This document shows positions 1 to 9,066 of a DNA stretch of 64,000 nucleotides, in pieces. The stretch lies in NCBI GenBank assembly GCA_036881925.1, contig JBAJNJ010000004.1, forward strand, positions 216,100 to 280,099, in the 5' to 3' direction. Position 1 is the first letter of the stretch. Every line of letters begins with the position of its first letter. Under the pieces are notes generated by a model, which saw only the letters and a list, made by a program, of their open reading frames with translations, had not been told where the DNA came from and did no database searches. The DNA is from Desulfobacter sp. (GTDB taxonomy: Bacteria; Desulfobacterota; Desulfobacteria; Desulfobacterales; Desulfobacteraceae). A program made the position numbers and the translations under genes.

Positions 1-492
1 ATGGATATTACAGCCATGCCTTTTGAATCCGGAAGTTTTGATGTGGTCATCTGCTCCGAGGTCCTTGAGCATATACCGGATGACGACAAGGCCATTTCAG
101 AACTGGTCAGGATCGTAAAGCCGGGTAAAACCCTTGCTGTCAGCGTTCCCAGGTCCTGGCCGGAAAAAATCTGCTGGCAACTGTCGGACGAATACTTTAA
201 TGCCAATATGGGCCACGTGCGGATTTACAAGCAAAAAGAGATTATCCGGAAAATCCAGGAGGCAGGACCGGTTTTCTCGGGCTTCCATTTTGCCCACAGC
301 ATTCACACACCTTATTGGTGGCTGAAATGCCTGGTCGGCCCCAACCGGACCGATTCGTTCCCGGTGAACCTTTACCACAAGCTTCTGGTATGGGATTTAA
401 TGAAACGCCCCCGCCTGACCCGGTGGATCGACAAATTGTTCAATCCCCTGCTGGGCAAAAGCCTGGTTCTCTATTTTACCAAACCCCGCTGA
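1..492 (+). CDS. class I SAM-dependent methyltransferase (Methyltransf_11-like), 5' end outside the window
   Basis: The ORF runs from the window edge. 'FDVVICSEVLEHIPDD...LVRIVKPGKTLAVSVP' is the typical post-I/II/III region of type-11 methyltransferases. Confidence 0.8.
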   Translation: MDITAMPFESGSFDVVICSEVLEHIPDDDKAISELVRIVKPGKTLAVSVPRSWPEKICWQLSDEYFNANMGHVRIYKQKEIIRKIQEAGPVFSGFHFAHSIHTPYWWLKCLVGPNRTDSFPVNLYHKLLVWDLMKRPRLTRWIDKLFNPLLGKSLVLYFTKPR

Positions 493-568
493 GGGGATGG
501 CAAAAAAGCTTTAAATTCCCGGATTCGGTATTATCTTCTCCCCATATCATTAAATATGAGAGGTGACT

Positions 569-1621
569 ATGCGTATTTTTGCCCTGGTACTGATCACAGC
601 CATGCTTCCCCTGGTTTACTCCTGTGCAACCACGCCCAAAACCGTCATGCGGCAGGACCCTTTAATCGGCAAAATTATTGATACGAAAAGCCGGGAACCG
701 GTTTCCTTCACCAGCCTCATGGACAAGCTGGCGGAACAGGATGTGGTTTACCTGTCCGAGAAGCATGACAACCCCATGCACCATGCCGTTCAGCACAGGA
801 TTATAAAAGACCTTTTGGACCGGGGCAGATCTCCGGTTGTGGGGTTTGAATTTTTCTCCATGGAAGACACCCCGCTTCTGCTGAACCTGATGGACGCCAA
901 ACATGCCAAGCATACTCAGAAAACCGAAGCCGCAGTTGAAGACCGGGTAAGAAAACAACTGGGATGGGAAAACCAGTCCGACGAGATGTGGTCTTATTAT
1001 TGGGATCTGCTTGTCCTGGCCCGGGAAAATAACCTCACCGCCGCGGGCCTGGATCTTTCCTCTTCCCAGAAACGGCGGATTACGCGAAAAGGCATGGACA
1101 AACTTACATCTATTGAGAAAAAACAGATATTTTCCACCCGGCTTTCCGACCCGGCCTATGAAGCGCGCATGAAATCCATATTTAAAACCGTTCACTGCGG
1201 CATGGGCAACGACGATATGTTGTCCAGGCTCTACGATACGTGGCTGGCAAGGAACGACCGGATGGCCCTGTCCATCGTCCAGTTGTCAGATGCGCAACAC
1301 GAGCAGGTTCCGGATGGCCAAACACCGGGGCCGGTTATCGTGATCATGGGCAACGGCCATACCGAATACGGATTGGGTGTGATCGACCGGGTCCGGCACC
1401 TGAACCCTGAAATCTCCCAGGCCAACCTGACCCTCACTGAAATTTTCCGTGAACCGGAAGTTCTGGATGAATACCTGCGACCCTTGGATCTTGAAGGGTT
1501 TCCCCCCGCACCCCCGGCGGATTATCTCTGGTTTACCCAGCGGGTGTCTTACGAAGATCCCTGCCAGAAATTCAAAGAAGTGCTGAAGCGGATGAAAAAA
1601 CAGGACACAACAAAGAAATAA
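569..1621 (+). CDS. ChaN-family (haem-binding uptake / Tiki-superfamily) putative lipoprotein
   Basis: N-terminal signal ending in '...LVYSC'. 'VVYLSEKHDNPMHHAVQHRII' matches the ChaN 'GE(K/Q)HDNxxHH' signature. ATG at 569 is preferred over GTG at 563 because GAGAGG lies 5-6 nt upstream. Confidence 0.72.
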   Translation: MRIFALVLITAMLPLVYSCATTPKTVMRQDPLIGKIIDTKSREPVSFTSLMDKLAEQDVVYLSEKHDNPMHHAVQHRIIKDLLDRGRSPVVGFEFFSMEDTPLLLNLMDAKHAKHTQKTEAAVEDRVRKQLGWENQSDEMWSYYWDLLVLARENNLTAAGLDLSSSQKRRITRKGMDKLTSIEKKQIFSTRLSDPAYEARMKSIFKTVHCGMGNDDMLSRLYDTWLARNDRMALSIVQLSDAQHEQVPDGQTPGPVIVIMGNGHTEYGLGVIDRVRHLNPEISQANLTLTEIFREPEVLDEYLRPLDLEGFPPAPPADYLWFTQRVSYEDPCQKFKEVLKRMKKQDTTKK

Positions 1622-1692
1622 CGGCTTTCACCGTCATTTGCCGCAGGCAGAATGAAAATATAATGTAAGGAAATAAATTTGTACCGGGGAGT

Positions 1693-2109
1693 TTATCTTT
1701 GCTGCTCTGAAAAAATCTTCAGCTTCTGGTCTTCTTTCAGAATATGATGGCGCAGCCAGTTTTCAATGCGTTTGATCACCTCGGAGTTGAGCACATGCTT
1801 TCCGGACTCAAGGTCATGAATCATCCCGTCAATTTCCCGTGAAAAGGCCTGATGCATTTTTTTATGCAGTTCCAGCCTGGGAAACTCAATTGATGCCATG
1901 AACGCCTCTTCCTGGGAAAAATGGAACTCCCCATAGGCCTTCATCTCCTTTAAAGCATCAATACCTGTATTGGTAAAATTCTCCTGATCCGGATCCATCA
2001 TCCGGTCATGGGCCCTGTTATAAATTGAGAACCATTTTTTATGCTGTTCGTCCAGTTCCGGGTTTCCAGTGCTGAACGCATCGCTCCACTCAATGATGGG
2101 CATGTTCAA
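1693..2109 (-). CDS. bacteriohemerythrin / hemerythrin-like metal-binding protein
   Basis: 'IEWSDAFSTGNPELDEQHKKWF' plus later H/E/D ligands ('HFSQEE', 'HKKMHQAF', 'WLRHHI') are typical of the hemerythrin HHE cation-binding domain. Confidence 0.85.
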   Translation of the reverse strand: MNMPIIEWSDAFSTGNPELDEQHKKWFSIYNRAHDRMMDPDQENFTNTGIDALKEMKAYGEFHFSQEEAFMASIEFPRLELHKKMHQAFSREIDGMIHDLESGKHVLNSEVIKRIENWLRHHILKEDQKLKIFSEQQR

Positions 2110-2334
2110 TTCCTCCGTGACACAATGTTCATATCCTGTATATAATATAGGTCATGGAAACAAAATTCAATCGGTTTATGCCGTACAGACACCGGTCCGG
2201 TTGCCGGACAAATCAATGAAGACAGATGGAAGCCCGTGACCGGGATTTTATATTTTTTGCTTTACAATCCCTGTAAAGGCGGTATTTTATGACTGGTGTT
2301 TAAATTTCAATCGTCGTGACCATAAGGAGGATTT

Positions 2335-2505
2335 ATGGCGGAAAGAGTATGCCCCACGTGCAAAGGTAAAAAAATTATTGTCGGAAATTGTGAATGTAAT
2401 GCAGAATGGCGCACTACCGATGCAAATGACAACCCCAACGACTGCATCTGCGAACCCGACGAAAAATGTCCGGATTGTAACGGCACCGGTGTGATTGTCG
2501 ATTAG
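2335..2505 (+). CDS. small (56 aa) Cys-rich zinc-ribbon-like protein, below the ORF-track size cutoff
   Basis: Hand translation: MAERVCPTCKGKKIIVGNCECNAEWRTTDANDNPNDCICEPDEKCPDCNGTGVIVD*. A strong AAGGAGG RBS at 2324-2330 lies 4 nt before the ATG. The protein has 8 Cys, arranged CxxCxGxx / CxC / CxC / CxxCxGxG. Confidence 0.55.
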   Translation: MAERVCPTCKGKKIIVGNCECNAEWRTTDANDNPNDCICEPDEKCPDCNGTGVIVD

Positions 2506-2519
2506 GACTTTCCCCGGCA

Positions 2520-2978
2520 TCAGCCGATCATATAGGTGGCGGTCCCTGTGGCAATGCCCAGTCCGCTGTCATTGAAAAGATCCATTTTTGAAACAACAAT
2601 GCGGGAGCCGGCACGAATCAGCCGGCTTTTGCATTCAAACGCGTCCCCCCGGCCCGGTCTGAGATAATCCACCCGCATATCAATGGTGGCAGAAGCCACC
2701 AGTTTGGCCTGGAGTTCTTCCAAATCGGCATCCTTGTTGTGCTTGACACAGGAAATCAGAGCGCTCAGCCCCCCGGTAAGATCAATCACCGATGCCGTTA
2801 CCCCGCCGTGAAGGATACCGGCGGCAGGGTTACCGATCAATTCGGGTTTGAGGGGAAAAGAGGTCACGGCCTCGCAGGTCTCATAATCCAGCCGGTCAAT
2901 GGAAATGCCCAGCACTTTGTTAAAGGGAAGCCATTCCAGATAATAGGTTTTTATACGCTCCAGAATATGGTCGATCAC
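2520..2978 (-). CDS. PaaI-family hotdog-fold thioesterase
   Basis: 152 aa. 'NPAAGILHGGVTASVIDLTGG' is the PaaI/'uncharacterized domain 1' thioesterase signature. Confidence 0.8.
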   Translation of the reverse strand: MIDHILERIKTYYLEWLPFNKVLGISIDRLDYETCEAVTSFPLKPELIGNPAAGILHGGVTASVIDLTGGLSALISCVKHNKDADLEELQAKLVASATIDMRVDYLRPGRGDAFECKSRLIRAGSRIVVSKMDLFNDSGLGIATGTATYMIG

Positions 2979-3026
2979 GGTACCGCTCCTTTGTCCTCAC
3001 CAATTAGAGGTACGGCGCCCGAAACG

Positions 3027-3644
3027 CTATTTCTGCCTGAGCACCCCAAGGGTTTTTGTCATATCAAGCGCCTCGTACCGCCCGGTGGCCAGGGCGGTTT
3101 CATACACCTGCCGCGGGGCCTGCCCCCCGGCCTCGGGATCATAAAAGATATCATGAATCACCAGGAAGCCGCCTGGAATCAGATGGGGGGACCAGGTGAT
3201 AAAATCCGTATGAGCCGCCTCAAAAGAGTGGCCCCCGTCGATGAATACCATGGCAAGGCCGGTCTGCCACATCCGCCCGGCAACAGCCGATGAAGAGACA
3301 ATCGGCACCACGCTCTCTTCAAGGCCGGCCCGTTTCAGCGTATCCCTGAACAAGGGCAGGGTATTGATGCCGCAGGTCCTTTCATCGTAAAGTTCCGGAT
3401 CAAAATATTCCTCTCCGGGTTGCTGCTCTTCAGACCCCCGGTGATGGTCTATGGAATAAAGGATACTGGCGTTTTCCTTGCACGCCTGGCCGATAATCGC
3501 TGCAGACCTGCCGCAATAGGATCCGACTTCAAGCAGCGGTCCCATGGCGGAAGCTGCCAGGGAGATGTCAAACAGCCGCTCTGCCTCTTCATCGTCCATG
3601 AATCCCTTGATGGTATTTAAAAGCGCAAAATCAATTTTCGTCAT
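3027..3644 (-). CDS. class I SAM-dependent methyltransferase (Methyltransf_24 / O-methyltransferase-like)
   Basis: 'LLEVGSYCGRSAAIIG' is a SAM motif I, and 'VFIDGGHSFEAAHTDF' is also present. The stop-proximal part overlaps the ftsK start by 14 nt. Confidence 0.72.
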   Translation of the reverse strand: MTKIDFALLNTIKGFMDDEEAERLFDISLAASAMGPLLEVGSYCGRSAAIIGQACKENASILYSIDHHRGSEEQQPGEEYFDPELYDERTCGINTLPLFRDTLKRAGLEESVVPIVSSSAVAGRMWQTGLAMVFIDGGHSFEAAHTDFITWSPHLIPGGFLVIHDIFYDPEAGGQAPRQVYETALATGRYEALDMTKTLGVLRQK

Positions 3645-6018
3645 AGCTTTTTACCAGAATTTCCCTGGGTTTGGATCCCATCTGGGGGCCGACAATCCCC
3701 TCATGCTCCATCATTTCAATCAGACGCGCTGCCCGGTTGTATCCGATGCGCAGCCGCCGCTGGACATAAGAGATAGATGCCTGCCGGTCCTTGGTCACCA
3801 GGGCAACAGCTTCGTCGTATTTGGCATCGTATTCGGATTCGTCAAAACTCTTTTCTTCATCTGCGCCGTCTCCCATCACCACTTCTTCATTATACTCCGG
3901 GGTGCGCTGGTCTTTTAAAAACCCGGTAATCCTGCCAATTTCCTTTTCAGAGATATAGGCGCCCTGGATCCGCATCAGCTTGCCCGTGCCCGGTGGGCAG
4001 AACAGCATATCCCCGTTGCCCAGAAGACTTTCCGCTCCTCCCTGGTCAATGATGATCCGGCCGTCAATCTTGGATGACACCTGGAAGGAAATACGGGTGG
4101 GAAAATTGGCCTTGATAGTTCCGGTGAGCACGTCTGCGGACGGTCGCTGGGTCGCGATGATCAGATGGATTCCAGCCGCCCTCGCCATCTGGGCCAGGCG
4201 GGTCAGGGCATACTCCACATCCTTTGACGCCACCATCATCAGATCTCCAAGCTCATCCACGATCACCACGATATACGGCAGGGTTTCAAGGGAGGCCTCA
4301 CGGGTGCCATTTTCTGTCTCCCCGTCCCCGGAGTCTGCATCCTCTTTGGCAAGGGTTTCCCTGACCATTTCATTGTATTGCCCGATATTTCTCAGCCCGC
4401 TCATTTCCAGAAGTTCGTACCGCCGTTCCATCTCTTTGACGGCCCAGAACAACGCATTGGTGGCCTTTTTCATGTCCGTGACCACCGGGGTGATCAAATG
4501 GGGAATGTCATTGTATACGGAAAGTTCGATCCGCTTGGGATCCACCATGATCAACTTGACCTCGTCGGGTGTGGCTTTGTAAAGCAGGCTGATGATCATG
4601 GAGTTGAGCCCGACGCTCTTTCCCGTTCCCGTGGCCCCGGCAATGAGCAGATGGGGCATTTTATCCATCTTGGTTGCCACGGGCTGGCCCAGGAGATCCT
4701 TTCCAAGCCCCAGGGTCAGAAGAGAATCCGACTGCACAAACTCTTTTGAGGCGATCATCTCTCTAAGATTGACCAGTTCCCGCTCTTCATTGGGAATTTC
4801 GATTCCCACAACGTCCCTGCCCGGAATGGGCGCCACGATACGGATGGAGATGGCGGACAGCGCCAGGGCCAGATCGTCGGAAAGCCCCACGATTTTGGAC
4901 AGCTTAATCCCCGGGGCCGGGCGGTACTCAAAGGTGGTAATCACAGGGCCGGGAAGGATTTCAACCACCTCTCCCCGGACGTTGAAATCCTTGAGCTTGC
5001 CTTCTAGAATCCTGGCTTTTTCCTGGAGCAGCTCCGTGTCGACCCGGCGCCGGACCTTTGCCTTCTCGTCCAGAAACGACAATTTGGGCAGGACAAAGTC
5101 CGGTTGTTCCCGAATGTCCTGGATCACCGGATCCGCCATATATTCGGTATCATCGGTTTCAACTTCCACAATGGTCGGCGCCAGGATATCGTCCAGGGCC
5201 ACATCATCGGTTGCCGAGGCCTTTCCTCTATTTTCCGAATTGACTTTTGCCGGGCGCTGTCCTGCGGGTTCGTCCTGGATCACCACAGGAACAGGAACAC
5301 TATTTTCCGTGTCCGGCCCCTGTTCATCCAATCCATTGCCATCCCCTGCAGTTTCAGGCAGGGCCTGGAGGGCTTCCACTTTCCTGGCCCGCTCCATGCG
5401 TGCGACTTTGCGCTGTTCCCTGAAATTCGAAATCCGTTCGCTGATGTATGCAGCCGCCTCTTCCATGTCCTGCCTGACAGTCATTGCCAGGGCTGTGGAT
5501 TTCCGGCGCAGCACCAGGGCCAGGTCCTTGAGGGAAATTCCCGTGGCCAGGGTAAAACCGATCACCACAAAAAACGAGAGGATGATCACACATCCCGTGA
5601 TATTAGCGTATTTCAGCAAAAAGGCCGTCAACCCGTGGCCCACAACCCCACCGGCGGATATCATGGTGTCGGAAAAGTGGTAAGCGTCCCTAAACAGGTA
5701 AAAGATACTGCCCGTGGAAATCATGAGCATCACCCCGCCGGCAAGGGTCAGCCAGATGATGCTCCTGGCTTTTTCCTTGAGATACCAGAGGCTGAGCAGG
5801 GAAAGGATCAGAGGTATCCACAGGGCGCCGATACCGAACAGGTATACAAAGAGGCCTGCCACATGGGCACCCACAAGGCCGAACAGGTTATGAACCGTAT
5901 CCGGCACCCGGGTAAACCCGTTGCCCACGGCCGGATCAGCAGCATGGTAGGAAAAAAGGCTGACGGCCGTTAGGATAATCAGAAAAAAGAGCAGAATGCC
6001 GTATAATTCTTTTTTCAT
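3631..6018 (-). CDS. ftsK: DNA translocase FtsK
   Basis: 795 aa. N-terminal TM helices, a low-complexity linker, a motor domain with 'HLLIAGATGTGKSV' (Walker A) and 'IVVIVDELGDLMM', and a C-terminal gamma winged-helix domain ('SISYVQRRLRIGYNRAARLIEMME'). Confidence 0.95.
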   Translation of the reverse strand: MKKELYGILLFFLIILTAVSLFSYHAADPAVGNGFTRVPDTVHNLFGLVGAHVAGLFVYLFGIGALWIPLILSLLSLWYLKEKARSIIWLTLAGGVMLMISTGSIFYLFRDAYHFSDTMISAGGVVGHGLTAFLLKYANITGCVIILSFFVVIGFTLATGISLKDLALVLRRKSTALAMTVRQDMEEAAAYISERISNFREQRKVARMERARKVEALQALPETAGDGNGLDEQGPDTENSVPVPVVIQDEPAGQRPAKVNSENRGKASATDDVALDDILAPTIVEVETDDTEYMADPVIQDIREQPDFVLPKLSFLDEKAKVRRRVDTELLQEKARILEGKLKDFNVRGEVVEILPGPVITTFEYRPAPGIKLSKIVGLSDDLALALSAISIRIVAPIPGRDVVGIEIPNEERELVNLREMIASKEFVQSDSLLTLGLGKDLLGQPVATKMDKMPHLLIAGATGTGKSVGLNSMIISLLYKATPDEVKLIMVDPKRIELSVYNDIPHLITPVVTDMKKATNALFWAVKEMERRYELLEMSGLRNIGQYNEMVRETLAKEDADSGDGETENGTREASLETLPYIVVIVDELGDLMMVASKDVEYALTRLAQMARAAGIHLIIATQRPSADVLTGTIKANFPTRISFQVSSKIDGRIIIDQGGAESLLGNGDMLFCPPGTGKLMRIQGAYISEKEIGRITGFLKDQRTPEYNEEVVMGDGADEEKSFDESEYDAKYDEAVALVTKDRQASISYVQRRLRIGYNRAARLIEMMEHEGIVGPQMGSKPREILVKSYDEN

Positions 6019-7667
6019 ACTTCGATGATAATCGGTACGATCAGTGGTCTGCGGTTAATGGCAAATGCAAAGTATTGTTTGAGGGCACGCTGGAGCTTTT
6101 TCCGGATCAGCTCAACCCGGGATTCCAGTCCGGCCTCGATTTCTTCCACGATTTCAAGAATCACACACTGGGCGTCATCCACCAGGTATCCCGTGGCGGA
6201 ATCAAACACAAATCCTTTGGAAACCAGTTCCGGCCCGTACAGCACCACGCCGGTTTCCTCGTCAATGATCATGGTAACCACCACAAGGCCGCCCTCGGAC
6301 AATTCCCTGCGCTCTTTGAGCACGGACCGGCCCACATCCCCGATGCCTTTTCCGTCCACAAGAATCCGCCCGGTCTGGACCTTCCCGTCAATACGCCCAC
6401 CGCCCTCTTTGTCAAAGGCGATGACCTGGCCATCCTCGGCAACAATCACATTGTTCCGGTCCAGTCCCAGCTTTTCCGCCAGCCTGGCATGAACCACCAG
6501 GTGGCGGTATTCACCGTGGATGGGAATAAAGTATTCCGGCCGGGTCAGGTTGATCATCAGCTTCAGCTCTTCCTGGTGGGCGTGGCCCGAGGCATGGATC
6601 TGGGCGATCTTTGAATAGACCACCTCGGCTCCCCTGCGGTAAAGTTTGTTGATGATGTTGGCAATGGCCTTTTCATTGCCCGGGATATATTTGGAAGAAA
6701 GGATCACAGTATCCCCCTTCCTGATATTGATATGCTTATGAATCCCGGATGCCATCCTGGCCAGGGCGGACATGGGCTCTCCCTGGCTGCCGGTGGTGAT
6801 GATCACCACCTGGTCATCGGCCAGCTTGTTGATCTGCTTGACATCCACGATCATACCCTGGGGACACTGGATATATCCAAGGCGGATCGCCACGGCCGTG
6901 ATCTGCTCCATGCTCCTGCCGTTGAAAATCACCTTCCGGTTGTTGCGCCGGGCAATGTCAATGACCTGCTGGATACGGAAGACATTGGAGGCGAACAAGG
7001 CAACAATAACCCTGCCGGGCGACGCCGTAATTAACTTGCCCAGGTTTTTGGCCACCTCCTGCTCGGACATGGTATACCCTTCCACTTCCACGTTAGTGGA
7101 ATCGGACAACAGGGCCAGCACCCCCTTTTCACCAACCCTCGCGAAACTGGAAATATCCGTGTTTTTCATCTTGTCTGCGGAGTGGCTGATCCTGAAATCC
7201 CCGGTATGCACCACCACGCCTTCAGGCGTTTTGATGGCCAGGCCCACGCCGTCTATGGTCGAATGGCTCACCCGGATAAATTCAATTTCAAAGGGTTCTA
7301 TGGTAAGCGTCTCGCCCGGATTGACCAGGTTCAGGTCAATATAGGTGTTCAGTTCAAACTCCACCAGCTTGTTTCTGACGATTTCCAGGGTAAAAGGGGT
7401 ACCATAGACCGGCAGCCGTATCTCACGAAGCAGGTACGGCAGGGCCCCGATATGATCCTCATGGGCATGAGTGAGAATAATCCCTTCTATTTTGTCCCGG
7501 TTTTCCCGGATATAATCCATGGCCGGAATGACAATATCCACACCCAGCATATAGTCTTCGGGAAACATGAGCCCGGCGTCAATGATGAACATGGTGTCGC
7601 CGTACTCAATTACCATCATGTTCAGGCCAATTTCACCCAGGCCCCCAAGGGGTATGATCTTAAGCAT
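6015..7667 (-). CDS. rnj: ribonuclease J (metallo-beta-lactamase / beta-CASP)
   Basis: 550 aa. 'LTHAHEDHIGALPYL' is the HxHxDH motif, with beta-CASP and C-terminal domains. It overlaps the ftsK start by 4 nt. Confidence 0.93.
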   Translation of the reverse strand: MLKIIPLGGLGEIGLNMMVIEYGDTMFIIDAGLMFPEDYMLGVDIVIPAMDYIRENRDKIEGIILTHAHEDHIGALPYLLREIRLPVYGTPFTLEIVRNKLVEFELNTYIDLNLVNPGETLTIEPFEIEFIRVSHSTIDGVGLAIKTPEGVVVHTGDFRISHSADKMKNTDISSFARVGEKGVLALLSDSTNVEVEGYTMSEQEVAKNLGKLITASPGRVIVALFASNVFRIQQVIDIARRNNRKVIFNGRSMEQITAVAIRLGYIQCPQGMIVDVKQINKLADDQVVIITTGSQGEPMSALARMASGIHKHINIRKGDTVILSSKYIPGNEKAIANIINKLYRRGAEVVYSKIAQIHASGHAHQEELKLMINLTRPEYFIPIHGEYRHLVVHARLAEKLGLDRNNVIVAEDGQVIAFDKEGGGRIDGKVQTGRILVDGKGIGDVGRSVLKERRELSEGGLVVVTMIIDEETGVVLYGPELVSKGFVFDSATGYLVDDAQCVILEIVEEIEAGLESRVELIRKKLQRALKQYFAFAINRRPLIVPIIIEV

Positions 7668-7688
7668 CGATATGATCCAGACCCGATA

Positions 7689-8039
7689 TCAAGCACAGAC
7701 GGACAGGCGTTCCAAGACCGTGTCGGTCCAGTCCACCAGCCAGTCCCGCTGGGCTTTTGTGGCATAGCCCATGCAGTCGCACTTGATATTGGTTTTTATT
7801 CTCACCAGAAGTTCACAGGATAAATAGGACTCTTCCAACATCAGGGCAAACACGTGCGGCCCGCAGTCCTTATGGGCTTTCTGTTCCGGTGTCAGGCATT
7901 CCCCGTCCAGTTCAAGCCAGTAAATACCGCCAATGGGGGCGGTATCCAGGTGCTTGTCCAGATATGTTTTTAAAGCCGTATAGTCCTTGAGCGTTAATCC
8001 GTCGATTACATATTGTTTCATAAACAATCTAATTAGCAT
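7689..8039 (-). CDS. hypothetical protein (116 aa, several Cys)
   Basis: Clean ORF with coding-like composition in the rnj-EamA gap. AAGG lies about 6 nt upstream of the ATG at 8039. No family was recognised. Confidence 0.45.
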   Translation of the reverse strand: MLIRLFMKQYVIDGLTLKDYTALKTYLDKHLDTAPIGGIYWLELDGECLTPEQKAHKDCGPHVFALMLEESYLSCELLVRIKTNIKCDCMGYATKAQRDWLVDWTDTVLERLSVCA

Positions 8040-8094
8040 AGATGCCTTATGTTATGCAACCGGAACTTAGAGGGCAAAACCGTTGACACCCCTG

Positions 8095-8970
8095 TCATCC
8101 AGGCCGTTTTGCCAATGCAAGGAAATTCCCTCCGACCACCAGTGCAAGCCCGGCCACCGCCGGTACGGTCCAGACATACCCTTCGGCAAAGGATGAAATG
8201 ACCAGGGCGACCACAGGCACCACCATGATGGCGTATGCGGCTTTGTCCGCTCCCATGGTGCCCACCAGGGTCAGGTAGGTGCCGAATGCCACAATGGAAC
8301 CGAACACCGACAAAAACAACAGGGAGCCGGTATACGGCAGGGAAAAAGAGAATCCGAATTTTTTGCCCATCAAAAGAGCGAGTAACGTCAGGGCAAGGGT
8401 CCCGTAGGCCATGCCAAATGCATTGGCCTGGATGACCGGAATTTTCTCCCGGGTATTCCTGGCAGATGTGATATTTCCCAGGGAAGCCAGGAATACCGAA
8501 AAAAAACCCAGCCCGATCCCGGTCAACCCCTTGTTGCCTGCATCAAAAGAACGGATCTCCGGCATGAAAATCAGGATGATGCCTACAATCCCGGCCAGGG
8601 CTCCGACAATGGTTTTCCGGTCAACAGACGTCCCTAGAAACAGGGCATTATTGGCCATGTTGAAGAAAACGATGGACGAAAACAGGACCGCCACAAGGCC
8701 CGAGGTCAGATGAACTTCAGCCAGGTAGACCAGCCAGTAATTCATTGAAAACAACAGCAACCCCATCAGGGCCATGAACATATGATCCCTGGGAGAAAAT
8801 TTAAGGGTAAGCCCCCTGGCCCTGCAAAAAATAAAGAGCAGCCCTGCAGCCAGGCCAAACCGGTAAATCACCGACACCATAGGGTCCACCGGCCCCAGTT
8901 GAAACTTAATGGCAATCCAGGTGGCGCCCCAGATTACTACCGTGACCACATAAAGAAAAACCTGCTTCAT
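8095..8970 (-). CDS. DMT-superfamily (EamA/RhaT-type) transporter
   Basis: About 10 hydrophobic helices in two EamA-like halves. Start set at 'MKQVFLYVV' (GGGAGA upstream). Divergent from a MocR-type regulator, which is a common pairing. Confidence 0.85.
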   Translation of the reverse strand: MKQVFLYVVTVVIWGATWIAIKFQLGPVDPMVSVIYRFGLAAGLLFIFCRARGLTLKFSPRDHMFMALMGLLLFSMNYWLVYLAEVHLTSGLVAVLFSSIVFFNMANNALFLGTSVDRKTIVGALAGIVGIILIFMPEIRSFDAGNKGLTGIGLGFFSVFLASLGNITSARNTREKIPVIQANAFGMAYGTLALTLLALLMGKKFGFSFSLPYTGSLLFLSVFGSIVAFGTYLTLVGTMGADKAAYAIMVVPVVALVISSFAEGYVWTVPAVAGLALVVGGNFLALAKRPG

Positions 8971-9066
8971 TGTCCCAGTCTCCCGTAAGCACTTGCGAAA
9001 AGCCATACTATACGCTAAAACACAATAAAAAACAGTTACAAAATATAAAAATTCCCATCATAACAG

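Noticed and set aside
2287-2520. The listed 77-aa minus-strand ORF between the hemerythrin and the thioesterase.
   Set aside because: It has no RBS and an odd composition. It is exactly antisense to a plus-strand 56-aa Cys-rich ORF that has a strong AAGGAGG RBS, so the plus-strand gene is preferred.
4592-5683. Long antisense ORFs opposite well-supported genes. Examples are 363 aa opposite ftsK, 47777-48964 opposite the haem MCP, 56776-58560 opposite the Mo oxidoreductase, 44123-45313 opposite the permease, 25451-26290 opposite purL and 35371-36252 opposite prmC.
   Set aside because: Their translations are low-complexity and rich in Arg/Pro/Gly/Ser, with no recognisable motifs. In each case the opposite strand encodes a protein with clear family signatures. 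These are typical shadow ORFs of GC-rich coding DNA.
8083-8094. A shared 12-mer, TTGACACCCCTG, also found at 10644-10655. It was considered as a possible common regulatory box.
   Set aside because: A single exact 12-mer repeat is expected by chance many times in 64 kb on two strands. Both copies simply contain a TTGACA -35-like hexamer.
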